In this document: piece after piece, positions 41,102-50,988 of the stretch
Layout of the letters: the number at the start of each line of letters is the position of its first letter
How positions within the stretch are numbered: the stretch's first letter is position 1
Assembly (NCBI GenBank): GCA_965218795.1
Contig: OZ244653.1
Span: forward strand, 32,001 to 96,000
Source: a bacterium
GTDB lineage: Bacteria > UBA8248 > JACPRG01 > G963555815
DNA: 64,000 nucleotides
Direction of reading: 5' to 3'
Translations under genes and position numbers: made by a program
Notes under the pieces: generated by a model
Seen by the model: only the letters and a program-made list of their open reading frames with translations
Told to the model about the DNA's origin: nothing
Databases searched by the model: none

Positions 41102-41484
41102 TTAAAAGACAAATCTCTCGTGCTGAAGTCTTTGCGTGCCAAAGTTGAGCAGCAATCCGACTTTGCAGCCTGAGCCTTCAGGTAGTTGATCATTTGTGAT
41201 TCTTCCGTGCCGCTCAATCCAGCGAGCGCTTTGACTTCGACGATTACGGGATCAAAACAAGCAAAATCGGCTCGATAGGGACTCTTGAGTTTCTGCGCTT
41301 TGTTGAAAACCGGCAACTCAACCTCCCAGCGGTAAGGCACTTCACGAACCGCCAATTCCAAAGCAGGCGCTTCGTGATAAACGGCTTCAAGAAATCCGCT
41401 TCCCAGCTGTTGATGAACCTCCATTGCCGCGCCAATGATGGCATACGTTCTGCGGTCTCTTTCTTTGGATTCGGAGCGGATCAT
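41102..41484 (-). pseudogene. GxxExxY (PD-(D/E)xK) protein, frameshifted near the C-terminus
   Basis: GFLEAVY, RADF...IVEVKA. One added base near 41171 restores YLKAxGCKVGLLLNFG...RFVF* with stop at 41102-41104. Confidence 0.9.
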
Positions 41485-41588
41485 GAAGTGATTCGCATAT
41501 CCTACAAACCGTAGGAGGGGGATTCCAGCGCAACTCCCAACGCGCTTGAAACTTTTTTCCCTTCCCAATATTTTCCTTTATTTCTTGC

Positions 41589-41615
41589 TCTGCGTAATCT
41601 GTGAAATCCGTGGAT
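41589..41615. repeat. Right arm of 27-bp inverted repeat
   Basis: TCTGCGTAATCTGTGAAATCCGTGGAT, abutting the permease stop codon. Confidence 0.85.
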
Positions 41616-42553
41616 TATCTCGATCGTTCTTCGCGGGCGTAGGGGATGCCGAGGGCTGCGGGGGCGCCGAGCCGCCGTCGGACGGACTCGCGCGTCGCTA
41701 TGATGAGGATGCCGATGGTGAGGATGTAGGGCAGCATCATCAGGAAGTGGGCGGGAACCGCGGAGCCCACCGCCTGGATACGAAGCTGAAGGGCGTCCGC
41801 CCCGCCGAAGACGTAGGCGCCCAGGAACGCGCGGAGCGGATTCCAGCCGGCGAAAATGACGAGTGCAATGGCGATCCACCCGCGGCCCGCGGTCATGTGT
41901 TCGATCCACATGGTCGTGTAGGCCAGCGACAAGTACGCTCCGCCGATGCCCGCGAACGCGCCGCCCACCATGACGCAGCCGTAGCGAATCGAGTTCACCC
42001 GGACGCCCAGCGAATCCGCGCAGTCCGGGCTCTCTCCCACCGAACGGATGGAGAGTCCCAGGTGCGTCCGAAACAGCGTCCACCACGCCGCCGGGACGAT
42101 GAGGTAGGAAAAATAGACGAGCGCATCCTGCTGGAAGAAGATCGGACCCAGCCATGGGATCTCCGAAAGTCCGGGCAGGGGCCATTTGTCGATCCCGGGC
42201 GCCACCCGTCCAATCATGGACTGGCCGAAGAACCCGCTCAGCCCCGTCCCGAGGAGGGTCAGGGTCAGGCCGCTCACGATCTGATCGGCGCGCAGGGTGA
42301 TGGTCACATAGGCGTGGACCAGCGAGATGAGCGCTCCCAGGGCCGCGGCGGCGATGACGCCCGCGAGCGGGCTTTTCGTAACGAAGGTGGCGAAGAACCC
42401 CGCAATGGCCCCGATGAGCATCATGCCCTCGACGCCCAGATTCAGATTCCCGGACCGTTCTGCGAAGATCTCTCCGACGCAGGCGAAGAGGATGGGCGTG
42501 CCGGACCGGATCGTGGCCTGCAGGATCGCGAGGGTCAGATCACCGTAGTCCAA
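41615..42553 (-). CDS. Nucleoside/simple-sugar ABC permease
   Basis: ERSGNLNLGVEGMML, VGESP, GRGWIAIALV, PAALGIPY. Confidence 0.93.
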   Translation of the reverse strand: MDYGDLTLAILQATIRSGTPILFACVGEIFAERSGNLNLGVEGMMLIGAIAGFFATFVTKSPLAGVIAAAALGALISLVHAYVTITLRADQIVSGLTLTLLGTGLSGFFGQSMIGRVAPGIDKWPLPGLSEIPWLGPIFFQQDALVYFSYLIVPAAWWTLFRTHLGLSIRSVGESPDCADSLGVRVNSIRYGCVMVGGAFAGIGGAYLSLAYTTMWIEHMTAGRGWIAIALVIFAGWNPLRAFLGAYVFGGADALQLRIQAVGSAVPAHFLMMLPYILTIGILIIATRESVRRRLGAPAALGIPYAREERSR

Positions 42554-43631
42554 TGGCCGCCTCCGTTCGTTTCAGAACGATTCGGTAGCGGGCGAGGATA
42601 TCCCCTCCCAAAACGAAAAACAGGATCAAGGCCTGAATGATCAGGACGATGTTCACCGGGAGGCGCATAGTGATCTGAAGGGCCTCGCCCCCGACATAGA
42701 GCCCTCCCATCAGGAGCGAGACGAGGACCACCCCCCAGGGGTTTCGTCGGGCCAGCCAGGCAACGATGATAGCGGTGTATCCGTACGGCGCGGAGGCCGG
42801 GGAAATGCCGTGAAGCAGCCGCAGTTGAATCCCCGTTACCTCGGCCATGCCGGCCAGTCCCGAAAGCCCGCCGCTGATGAGCATCACCAGGACGATGTTG
42901 CGGCCGGTATTCATCCCCGCATATTGGGCGGCCTTGGGGTTCTCGCCCATGACCGAAATCTCGTACCCCCATCGGCTGCGCTCCTGGAGGAAATACAGGA
43001 TGATCGCCGCCACGACCGCGAAGATGATCCCCAGGTGGACTCGGCTGTCGCCGAACCGGAAGAGCTGCGCGCCCTCGGGGAACTGCCTCGTCAGGGGAAA
43101 GTTGAGCGTCCCGGGGTCCTTCCAGGGGCCGTACACGAGAAAGTCGACCCAGAGGATGGCCACGTAGTTCATCAACAGGGTCGTGATGATTTCGTTGACG
43201 CCCAGCCTGACCTTCAGGAGGGCGGGGATAAGCGCCCAGATGGCCCCGGCGATCATCGCTACGGCCATCATCGTCGGGATCATCGCCCAGGCAGAGCCTT
43301 CCCAACCCGTGAGGACGATCCAGGTGGCCGCGAACGCGCCCATGTGAAGCTGGCCCTCGGCGCCGATGTTCCAGAAGAGCATCTTGAACGTCAGCATCAC
43401 GCCGAGCCCGCAAAGCATCAAGGGCGTCGCCTTGACCAGGGTCTCTGAGAGCCCGTAGCCCGTACCGAAGGCCTCGCCGAACATTTCCGAGTAGGCGGCG
43501 ATCGGGTTGGTTCCCGTCCCAAGGAGAATGAACCCGCCGACGATCAGCGCCAATAACACCGAGCCGACGGGGATCATGTACTCCAGCCCTTTGGACCGCT
43601 CGAGCCGCATCTCCAGACGGATGGCCGCCAT
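42540..43631 (-). CDS. Nucleoside/simple-sugar ABC permease
   Basis: WNIGAEGQ, NEIITTLLMNY, GENPKAA, YGYTAIIVAWL. Confidence 0.93.
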   Translation of the reverse strand: MAAIRLEMRLERSKGLEYMIPVGSVLLALIVGGFILLGTGTNPIAAYSEMFGEAFGTGYGLSETLVKATPLMLCGLGVMLTFKMLFWNIGAEGQLHMGAFAATWIVLTGWEGSAWAMIPTMMAVAMIAGAIWALIPALLKVRLGVNEIITTLLMNYVAILWVDFLVYGPWKDPGTLNFPLTRQFPEGAQLFRFGDSRVHLGIIFAVVAAIILYFLQERSRWGYEISVMGENPKAAQYAGMNTGRNIVLVMLISGGLSGLAGMAEVTGIQLRLLHGISPASAPYGYTAIIVAWLARRNPWGVVLVSLLMGGLYVGGEALQITMRLPVNIVLIIQALILFFVLGGDILARYRIVLKRTEAAIGLR

Positions 43632-45207
43632 CAGTGAGCCTCTTCCGGAACGGAATCCGAGGAACCCTGCGAACCCGCGGGAGATTCATCGGTGAACCGC
43701 TTGGCCCCCGCCATCATGAGACCGACGGTTTCAACGTCTGCGTCGATGAGCGGAAGGATCCCCATGATCTCTCCCGAGAACAGGACCCCAATGCGGTCGC
43801 TGAGCGAGAACAGCTCTTCCAGGTCTTCGGAGATGAGCAGGACAGCCGTTCCTTCCTGGCGATGCTGGTCGAGGGTTTTTCGGATGAAATCGGTCGCTCC
43901 GACGTCGAGTCCCCGGGTCGGGGACATGACAACCAGGAGCCTGTGGTGAGAGGATATCTCCCGCGCCAGGATCACCTTCTGCAAATTGCCGCCGGAAAGC
44001 AGGCGCACGGCGACCTCATGACCGGGGGCGGCAATGTTGAACCGATTGATCAGTTCATCGGCGAAACCGTCGATCAAATCAAAATTGAGGAACGGTCCGT
44101 TGGCGAACTTGCCCTCACGGTACTGCTTGAGAACGACATTTTCGGACAAGGACAGGTTCCCCACCGAGGCGACCCCGTTGCGGTCGGCCGGCACGTAGGC
44201 AACGCCCGCTTCGATGTAGTCCCGCGCTCGGGCCCCCGTCATCTCACGGCCGTCCAGCCGGATCATCCCGCCCGTCTGGGGCCGCATGCCCGTGATCGCT
44301 TCGGCCAGCTCCTCCTGGCCGTTGCCCGCCACGCCGGCGATGCCCAGGATCTCTCCCGCCGCCACCGTCAGGCTGACGCCCTTCAGGGCGGGGAGGCGGC
44401 GATCGTTGAGCACGCTGAGGTCCTGGACCTCCAGGACCTGTTCTCCCAACCGCGGCTCCTTGTGCTCGACGTCGAACAACACTTCCCGACCCACCATCAT
44501 CTTGGAGATCTCCCGCTGATCGGTCCGATTGGGTGTGGCCGATCCCACCACCCGTCCTCCTCGGAGGACCGTAATCCGCGTGGAGATCTCCATGACTTCG
44601 TCGAGTTTATGGGAAATGAAGACGATGGAATGCCCTTCCGCCGTCATAGCGCGAAGGGTGACGAATAATTCCCGGGATTCCTGCGGGGTTAACACGGCCG
44701 TGGGTTCGTCGAGAATGAGAATTTTGGCGCCCCTGAAGAGCGTCTTGAGGATCTCCACCCGTTGCTGCTCGCCGATGGACAGCTGCCAAATGTACGCCTT
44801 GGGATCCACCTTGAGGCCGTATTGCTCGGTGAGTTGGGTGGTCTGCGCTTCCACGTCCTTCAAATTGAGCCGCCCGAACCCGCCCTCCATCCCCAGGATG
44901 ATGTTCTCGGCGACGGTGTGGGAGGAAACCAGCTTGAAGTGCTGGTGGACCATTCCGATCCCCTTGGCGATGGCATCCCGCGGCGAGCGGAAGTGGACCG
45001 GTTCCCCCTCGATATAGATGTTTCCGGCGTCGGCGCGGTAGATGCCCGTCAGGATGTTCATGAGCGTGCTTTTTCCGGCGCCGTTTTCGCCGAGAAGGGT
45101 ATGCACCTCCCCCCCAGGATGTCCAGGTTCACATCTTCGTTGGCGACAACGCCGGGGAACCGTTTGGTGATCCCTTTCATCGAGACAGCGGCGTTGTGTC
45201 CAGTCAA
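43631..45207 (-). CDS. Nucleoside ABC ATPase (two ABC domains), 1-nt frameshift in a G7 run
   Basis: MKGITKRFPGVVAN...ILGG/EVHTLLGENGAGKST. The C7 at 45109-45115 needs to be C8. LSGGNLQK in the second domain. Confidence 0.9.
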
Positions 45208-45327
45208 GGTGTGGAGTCTCCCGGTTGGATGCGGTGCCTTTGAGCGGGCTGTACGGATTCGGCTGGAGAAAAAGTTCCGCCTCCCGGAATTTGGGCCATG
45301 CCGATCGGAGCCGTCATGCCCGAAGAC

Positions 45328-45359
45328 AGGCGGGGGCGGCCCTGGGCCGCCACCCGTCC
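45328..45359 (-). terminator. Hairpin after the BMP gene
   Basis: GGCGGGGGCGGCCC / GGGCCGCCACCCGTCC imperfect stem; weak U-tract. Confidence 0.5.
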
Positions 45360-45397
45360 ATCTTAGGATAAGCGAAATGGAGCGGAAGGAACAGAGA

Positions 45398-46489
45398 CTA
45401 CTTGGGAATCTTACCCACGACGCCTTCAACAAAGAAGCTCATGCCGAGCATATCCTTGTCGGACATCTTGCCGGAGCTCTGACGGACCTTGCCCGTCTGG
45501 TCCTTGATGACCCCTTCGAAGACGTCGAACTTGCCCGCGATGATTTCGGCCTTCTTCTTGTTGACCCGGTCGCGAAGGGCCTGTGGAACCATGTTGCCGA
45601 AACTTGCGATTTTGATGATCCCCTCCTTCATGCTGCCCCAGTACTGGGTGGTCTTCCAGGTACCCTGACGGACCTGGTCGGCGACCAGTTTGTAGACGAC
45701 GCCCCAATCCCAGATGGGCGCTGTCAGGTGGGCCTTCGGCGCGAAGGAGGACATGTCGGAGTTGTAACCGATACTGTAGCGTCCCCGCTTCTGCGCAGCC
45801 TGCTGCGGCGCAGGGGTATCCTGGTGCTGGGCGATGACGTCCGCGTTGACGTCGAGCAGGCTCTCGGCTGCTTCCCGCTCCTTCGCCGGGTCATACCAGG
45901 TCTGCGTCCAGACCACCCGGACCTTCGCGGCGGGGTTGGCCGCACGCACGCCCAGCGCAAAGGCGTTGATGCCGCGGATGACTTCCGGAATCGGGTGCGC
46001 CGCCACATAGCCGACCACGTTGGATTTCGTCATCTTTCCCGCGACAATACCGGTCAGATACCGGGGCTGATACATCCGTCCGAAATACGTGCCCACGTTC
46101 TTGGCTGTCTTGAACCCTCCGCAGTGCATGAACACCACGTTGGGCGCCCGCTTTGCCACGTTGATCGTGGGGTCCATGTAGCCGAAGCTCGTGGTGAAGA
46201 TCAGGTTGTAGCCGCGGCGAACGTATTGTCGGATGACCCGTTCGGATTCGGCTCCCTCGGGGACGGATTCCGTAAAAGCCGTCGGGAGCACGAAGGGAAG
46301 CTTTTCCAAGGCCTTCCGCCCATTGTCGTGGGCAAGCGTCCATCCCGCGTCCCCCACCGGGCTCACGTAGACGAACGCCGCCTTGATTTTGGCCTGAGGC
46401 TTCAGGGCCTGAGCGCCGGGCGTCGGCGTCAGGGCCGCCAGAACGAGTCCGAGACTCAGAATGCCTAGAAGCTTCCATCGATGACTCAT
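45398..46489 (-). CDS. BMP family ABC substrate-binding protein
   Basis: Signal peptide, GDAGWTLAH, TSFGY, IPEVIRGINAF, WYDP, DVIAQH. Confidence 0.93.
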   Translation of the reverse strand: MSHRWKLLGILSLGLVLAALTPTPGAQALKPQAKIKAAFVYVSPVGDAGWTLAHDNGRKALEKLPFVLPTAFTESVPEGAESERVIRQYVRRGYNLIFTTSFGYMDPTINVAKRAPNVVFMHCGGFKTAKNVGTYFGRMYQPRYLTGIVAGKMTKSNVVGYVAAHPIPEVIRGINAFALGVRAANPAAKVRVVWTQTWYDPAKEREAAESLLDVNADVIAQHQDTPAPQQAAQKRGRYSIGYNSDMSSFAPKAHLTAPIWDWGVVYKLVADQVRQGTWKTTQYWGSMKEGIIKIASFGNMVPQALRDRVNKKKAEIIAGKFDVFEGVIKDQTGKVRQSSGKMSDKDMLGMSFFVEGVVGKIPK

Positions 46490-46914
46490 CGCTTTCTCCT
46501 CTCTGGAACAGGTGTTCGTTCCAATGGGGGCCGCTTTGAATCCGACCCCCGCTCTCCTCTGACTCGAGGATTCGAATGCTCCACCGGACGCCCCGGAGGG
46601 CACGATTCCGGCGGCAGCGTCCGATATCTTGGTGTCTCCTGATTTTTCACATATTAACATTATCCGGATGACGACAATTTCCGATGGGCGGGCCTCCGGA
46701 TAGGGACTCTTGAGGAAATCATGCCCGGGTCCGTTCCGTTACGCGGGGACTCCCGGATAGCTGGATGACCGCTTGTTGTCGAAAGCCGCCGCTCCAGGTC
46801 CGGGAATGAACGAGCTAAGGATTTGCGGTATTCTTGCGCGGACGGCGGACCACAAGTACAGGAGCATTGCTCCGGCTATCCGGTAGAAAACTGCCGAGAA
46901 GGACAGGTCGTCCA

Positions 46915-48600
46915 ATGAGCACGGCGACAACAGCGCGTGCACCCACCCTGATGGCTTCACCGCGGCGTCGGCTGTCCGCCTGGACGGTCACGCTATGGTG
47001 CCTCGGGGGGGGCATCGCCCTGGGGATTGTGCTTCCCACGGTATACTTGTTCGTCCGGTCCATGGACGGACCTCCGGCCGAATTCATTCATACCTTGTGG
47101 CGGCCCGTCGTCGGCCGTTACATGTTGAACACGCTCGGATTGACCGCCGTGACGACGTTTTGCGCCTGCGCTCTGGGGACGGTGGCGGCTTGGGTGATCG
47201 CCCGCTCGGACATTCCGGGGGCCAAAGGATGGACGGTCCTGTTGAGTCTTCCGCTGGCCGTTCCCTCCTACATCGGGGCCTATGCATACCTGGCGGCCTT
47301 CGGCCCGAATACGTTGATCGGCAAAACCTTGTTGACGCCACTGGGATTGACTCTCCGGGAAAGCTTCTGGGGCGCGGCCCTGCTGCTGACTTCCCTGACG
47401 TACCCTTATGTCATGCTGCCGGTTCGCACTCAGCTCTTGCGGATGGACCCCGGGCTGGTCGAGGCCTCCCGAAGCCTCGGCGTGGAAGGCTGGAAGACCT
47501 TTATCCGGGTGACGGTGCCTCTGCTGCGCCCCGCGATTGTGGCCGGGGGTCTGCTTGTTGCCCTCTATGTGATCAGCGATTTCGGGGCCGTGGCGATGCT
47601 GGAGTTCCGGTCGTTCACGTATGTGATCTTTCTTGAGCAGGAATCGCTGTTCAATCGGCAGCGGGCGGCTATCCTGGCGTTGCTTTTGGTCGCCCTCACC
47701 CTGGTCATCCTGGCGGTGGAGATGATGTGGCGGACTCGCGGGCGATACGAAGTGCGCGGGGTTCGCACCCTACTCTCCAGGCCGCGTATCCCTCTGGGGG
47801 TCTGGAAGGGTCCCGCAATCGCCCTCTGCGCTCTCATGGCGACGCTGGGGCTCCTGGTGCCGGCGGGGACGGTGGCCTATTGGTTCATTCAGGGCCTGGG
47901 AGACCCGACGCTTGACCTGAGCTGGGTCTGGAGGTCCACGTGGGATTCGGTTCAGGCCGCGATCCTTGCGGCTTCCGCCTGCGCCTTGGCGGCGATTCCG
48001 GTTGCGGTTTTGAGCGTCCGGCATCCGGGGAAGGGGAGTCTCCTGGTCGAGCGGGCGACCTATGCCGGTTTCGCCATCCCGGGAATCGTGGTCGCGCTGG
48101 CGCTGGTCTATTTCTCCCTTTTCCTTCCCCGGCAGGTGGAGTCTTTCGCCCGGTGGTGGGGATGGTCTCCTGAAACCGCGACGACCGTCTCGGGGGTTTT
48201 TCACTACTACCAGACCCTTCCGGTCCTCATTTTCGCTTATGTGGTTCTCTTCCTCCCGCAGGCCGTGGGCTCCACCCGCGCCTCCCTTCTTCAGGTTCCG
48301 AAGAACCTGGAGGAAGCCGGGCGCAGCCTGGGGCGGTCCAGCTGTACTGTGTTCAGGACCATCACGTTGCCTCTGGTGTTTCCCGGCGTATTGTCCGGGG
48401 GCGCCTTGGTCTTCCTGACCACGATCAAGGAATTGCCCGCGACCCTGTTGCTGAGCCCGATTGAATTCCGTCCGCTGGCCGCGATGGTCTTTGACCGGAT
48501 GGAGGATGCCTTTTTCGCAGAGGCGGCGGCACCCGCGCTGATTCTGCTTCTCTTCTCGATGTTGGCGATGATCGTCATCGTCAAACGGGAAGGCGTATGA
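46915..48600 (+). CDS. Fe(III) ABC transporter permease (FbpB/FutB-like)
   Basis: Duplicated permease with LPLAVPSY, EASRSLG, SDFGAV, KELPATLLL. Confidence 0.92.
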   Translation: MSTATTARAPTLMASPRRRLSAWTVTLWCLGGGIALGIVLPTVYLFVRSMDGPPAEFIHTLWRPVVGRYMLNTLGLTAVTTFCACALGTVAAWVIARSDIPGAKGWTVLLSLPLAVPSYIGAYAYLAAFGPNTLIGKTLLTPLGLTLRESFWGAALLLTSLTYPYVMLPVRTQLLRMDPGLVEASRSLGVEGWKTFIRVTVPLLRPAIVAGGLLVALYVISDFGAVAMLEFRSFTYVIFLEQESLFNRQRAAILALLLVALTLVILAVEMMWRTRGRYEVRGVRTLLSRPRIPLGVWKGPAIALCALMATLGLLVPAGTVAYWFIQGLGDPTLDLSWVWRSTWDSVQAAILAASACALAAIPVAVLSVRHPGKGSLLVERATYAGFAIPGIVVALALVYFSLFLPRQVESFARWWGWSPETATTVSGVFHYYQTLPVLIFAYVVLFLPQAVGSTRASLLQVPKNLEEAGRSLGRSSCTVFRTITLPLVFPGVLSGGALVFLTTIKELPATLLLSPIEFRPLAAMVFDRMEDAFFAEAAAPALILLLFSMLAMIVIVKREGV

Positions 48601-48688
48601 CGCCTGCTGCCATCCGATTCCAGCGAATTGTCCTGTCTTCATTCATGCGTGCGCATTCCTTATGAAAGATTCCCCGACAGACTGAGCC

Positions 48689-49792
48689 ATGAACTCATCT
48701 GCACGACAGACCGGGAAGGCCATCGTCCAGATGGAAAACGTCTGGATGCGATACGCCAGAGGTCAACCCTGGGCGGTGGAGGACTTGAGTCTCGAGGTCA
48801 CTCAAGGGGAGACCCTGACGCTGCTGGGTCCCAGCGGTTGCGGCAAGACATCTGTCTTGCGCCTGATTGCGGGATTTGAAGCCCCCCAGCAAGGCGTCAT
48901 CCGGATTGGCGGCAGGACCGTGGTCGGCGGAACGGAATGGCAGCCTCCCGAGCGGCGGGAGGTGGGCATGGTGTTCCAGGATTTGGCCCTCTTTCCCCAT
49001 CTCACGGTCGAGAAGAACGTGGCCTTCGGGCTGTACCGATGGACGGGGGAAAATCGCGAGGAACGCGTTCGCGAGGTTTTGCAACTGGTCAACCTGAACG
49101 GATTGCGGGGCCGGTATCCTCACGAACTTTCGGGCGGCCAACAGCAGAGGGTCGCTCTGGCGAGGGCCCTGGCGCCGAGCCCCCAGTTGATTTTGTTGGA
49201 TGAGCCGTTCAGCGGGTTGGACGCCGACATGCGCCGTCAGGTCCGCCGTGAGGTCAAGGAAATTCTCGCCCGATCGGGATTGACCGCCATCTTCGTGACC
49301 CACGATCAGGTCGAAGCGTTTGATTTGTCCGACAAGATTGCGGTCATGAATCGTGGGCGGATCGACCAGGTGGACAATCCGGAAAATCTGTACCATCACC
49401 CGGAGTCTCTTTTTGTCGCGCGATTTCTCGGCTTGGCGGATTTGATTCCGGGAAAGATTCGGGGAGAGCGGGTCGAGACGGCCCTGGGGAACTTCCTGTT
49501 CGTTCCGGTGGAAGATCCGCTGATCGAAGGCGCGCCGGTCGAGGTGATCATTCGACCGGCCGACGTGGATGTCATTCCCTCCGCGGACGGGGAGGCCTCG
49601 GTCGTCGCGAGGCACTTTCGGGGGTCGGACAACCTGTATACCATCACGCTCCCGTCCGGCGGGAGCGTCCGGAGTCAGACCCCATGGGATTTTATTCTCG
49701 ATCTCGGCACCCGGGTGACCATTACGGTCGAGCCCATGCGTGTGGTGATCTTCCCTTCGCTCCCGGAGGATGCGGGAGAGACGGGACCTTAG
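48689..49792 (+). CDS. Fe(III) ABC ATPase (FbpC/FutC-like)
   Basis: GPSGCGKT, MVFQDLALFPHL, LSGGQQQRVALARAL, C-terminal TOBE-like region. Confidence 0.92.
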   Translation: MNSSARQTGKAIVQMENVWMRYARGQPWAVEDLSLEVTQGETLTLLGPSGCGKTSVLRLIAGFEAPQQGVIRIGGRTVVGGTEWQPPERREVGMVFQDLALFPHLTVEKNVAFGLYRWTGENREERVREVLQLVNLNGLRGRYPHELSGGQQQRVALARALAPSPQLILLDEPFSGLDADMRRQVRREVKEILARSGLTAIFVTHDQVEAFDLSDKIAVMNRGRIDQVDNPENLYHHPESLFVARFLGLADLIPGKIRGERVETALGNFLFVPVEDPLIEGAPVEVIIRPADVDVIPSADGEASVVARHFRGSDNLYTITLPSGGSVRSQTPWDFILDLGTRVTITVEPMRVVIFPSLPEDAGETGP

Positions 49793-49991
49793 GAGAGCGT
49801 GCCTCCGCCCTTGCGCAGCCGGCCTGCTCGGAGCAAATCAACGACGCTCGCCTCGCGCATGAAGGCCATGGATATCAAAAAAACCGCCATCGTAACCCAC
49901 GGGTTCTCGATGGATCTTGAATCGATTCTGCGCCGGGGACACGCTGAATACGCCTTTTCGGGAAAGAGTTCAGTTTTTGCGATTTTTTTGT

Positions 49992-50023
49992 TTGACATGG
50001 CGCATTAAGTTAACTATAGTTAA
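49992..50023 (+). promoter_or_regulatory. Sigma70 promoter overlapped by a perfect palindrome (candidate DtxR-family operator)
   Basis: TTGACA (49992-97)-N17-TATAGT (50015-20); TTAACTATAGTTAA at 50010-50023. Confidence 0.8.
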
Positions 50024-50053
50024 TAAAATTGGATCAAGAGAAAAGGATTCGAA

Positions 50054-50602
50054 ATGTCTAACTCCCACAAGCGGTCCCCTGAAGTGCTCAGCCCGAGCCA
50101 GGAGCATTACCTCCGGGCGATCTGGTTGATTCAGTCCGAGAAGGGTTACGCCCGGGTCACGGATATCGGGAACGAATTGGGCGTCGCCAAGGCGGCTGTA
50201 TCAAACGCCGTCAAGACGCTCAGGAAAGAAGGTCTTGTCGATCACCGGCATTACGAACAGGTGTCGCTCACGGAGAAGGGGGTCCGTCACGCGCAGGAGA
50301 TCTCGAGTCGGTATGCAATCATCCATACCTTCCTGGAGGAAGTGCTGGGGGTGGAACAGGAGGCGGCGGTGCTGGATGCATGCCTGTTGGAACACTACGT
50401 CTCCGCCCCCACGATCGATCGTCTGATTGACCTCATTCGCTTTTTCGAAGTGGATAAAGAAAAGAAAGTTCTCGAACGATTCCGGGAATACCGGCGGGAG
50501 TGCGAAAGCGATGATTCCTGTCGCATCTGCAGTTTTCATTGTGACGTCCTCCTCTCGCCGGATGAATTGATTTCACCGGAGCTGCCGGGAGGTTCCAAGT
50601 GA
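50054..50602 (+). CDS. DtxR/MntR family metal-dependent regulator with Cys-rich C-terminus
   Basis: SQEHYLRAI, ARVTDIG..LGV, LTEKG, DACLLEH; tail CESDDSCRICSFHC. Confidence 0.92.
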   Translation: MSNSHKRSPEVLSPSQEHYLRAIWLIQSEKGYARVTDIGNELGVAKAAVSNAVKTLRKEGLVDHRHYEQVSLTEKGVRHAQEISSRYAIIHTFLEEVLGVEQEAAVLDACLLEHYVSAPTIDRLIDLIRFFEVDKEKKVLERFREYRRECESDDSCRICSFHCDVLLSPDELISPELPGGSK

Positions 50603-50808
50603 AGCGGGCGGAGGAGGAGGACTTGAAATTCCGGGCCGTCCTTCCGCCGAAGGGATCCGGGAAGCCGGAACCTGTTGGAAAAGACGCCCCGGAGAGCCTC
50701 GACGTAGCGGAAATTCTTCGGGGCAGGAGACGGATCAACCTGCTCCACGGAGGCGAAGTGTACCGCCTCCAGGTGACGAGACAGGGGAAACTGCTCCTGA
50801 CCAAATAG
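50599..50808 (+). CDS. hemP: Hemin uptake protein HemP/HmuP
   Basis: HGGEVYRLQVTRQGKLLLTK* C-terminal signature; GTGA overlap with the regulator. Confidence 0.92.
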   Translation: MKRAEEEDLKFRAVLPPKGSGKPEPVGKDAPESLDVAEILRGRRRINLLHGGEVYRLQVTRQGKLLLTK

Positions 50809-50836
50809 CCGGCGGAACCTGGAGCCGAACGAACCC

Positions 50837-50889
50837 AGCAAGCCACTTCAGCCTGAGTCGCGCCGATTCGGGATTGAGGAAGCAAGCCA
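50837..50889 (+). repeat. AGCAAGCCA direct repeats flanking a hairpin
   Basis: Copies at 50837-50845 and 50881-50889; intervening stem 50846-50879. Confidence 0.75.
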
Positions 50890-50925
50890 GGGAGATGTCC
50901 CGAGGGATATTCCCTGGCTTTTTTT
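50884..50925 (+). terminator. Intrinsic terminator/attenuator inside the iron operon
   Basis: AAGCCAGGGA.ATGTCC-CGAG-GGATAT.TCCCTGGCTT ending in a T7 run. Confidence 0.85.
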
Positions 50926-50988
50926 GTCCGTGGACTCCCGGAAGGACGGGGTAATCGGATTCGGGATGGGAAACAGGGGAGGGCCGCA

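Noticed and set aside
46490-46914. Purine riboswitch upstream of the BMP nucleoside operon
   Set aside because: Core purine-riboswitch motifs were not found.
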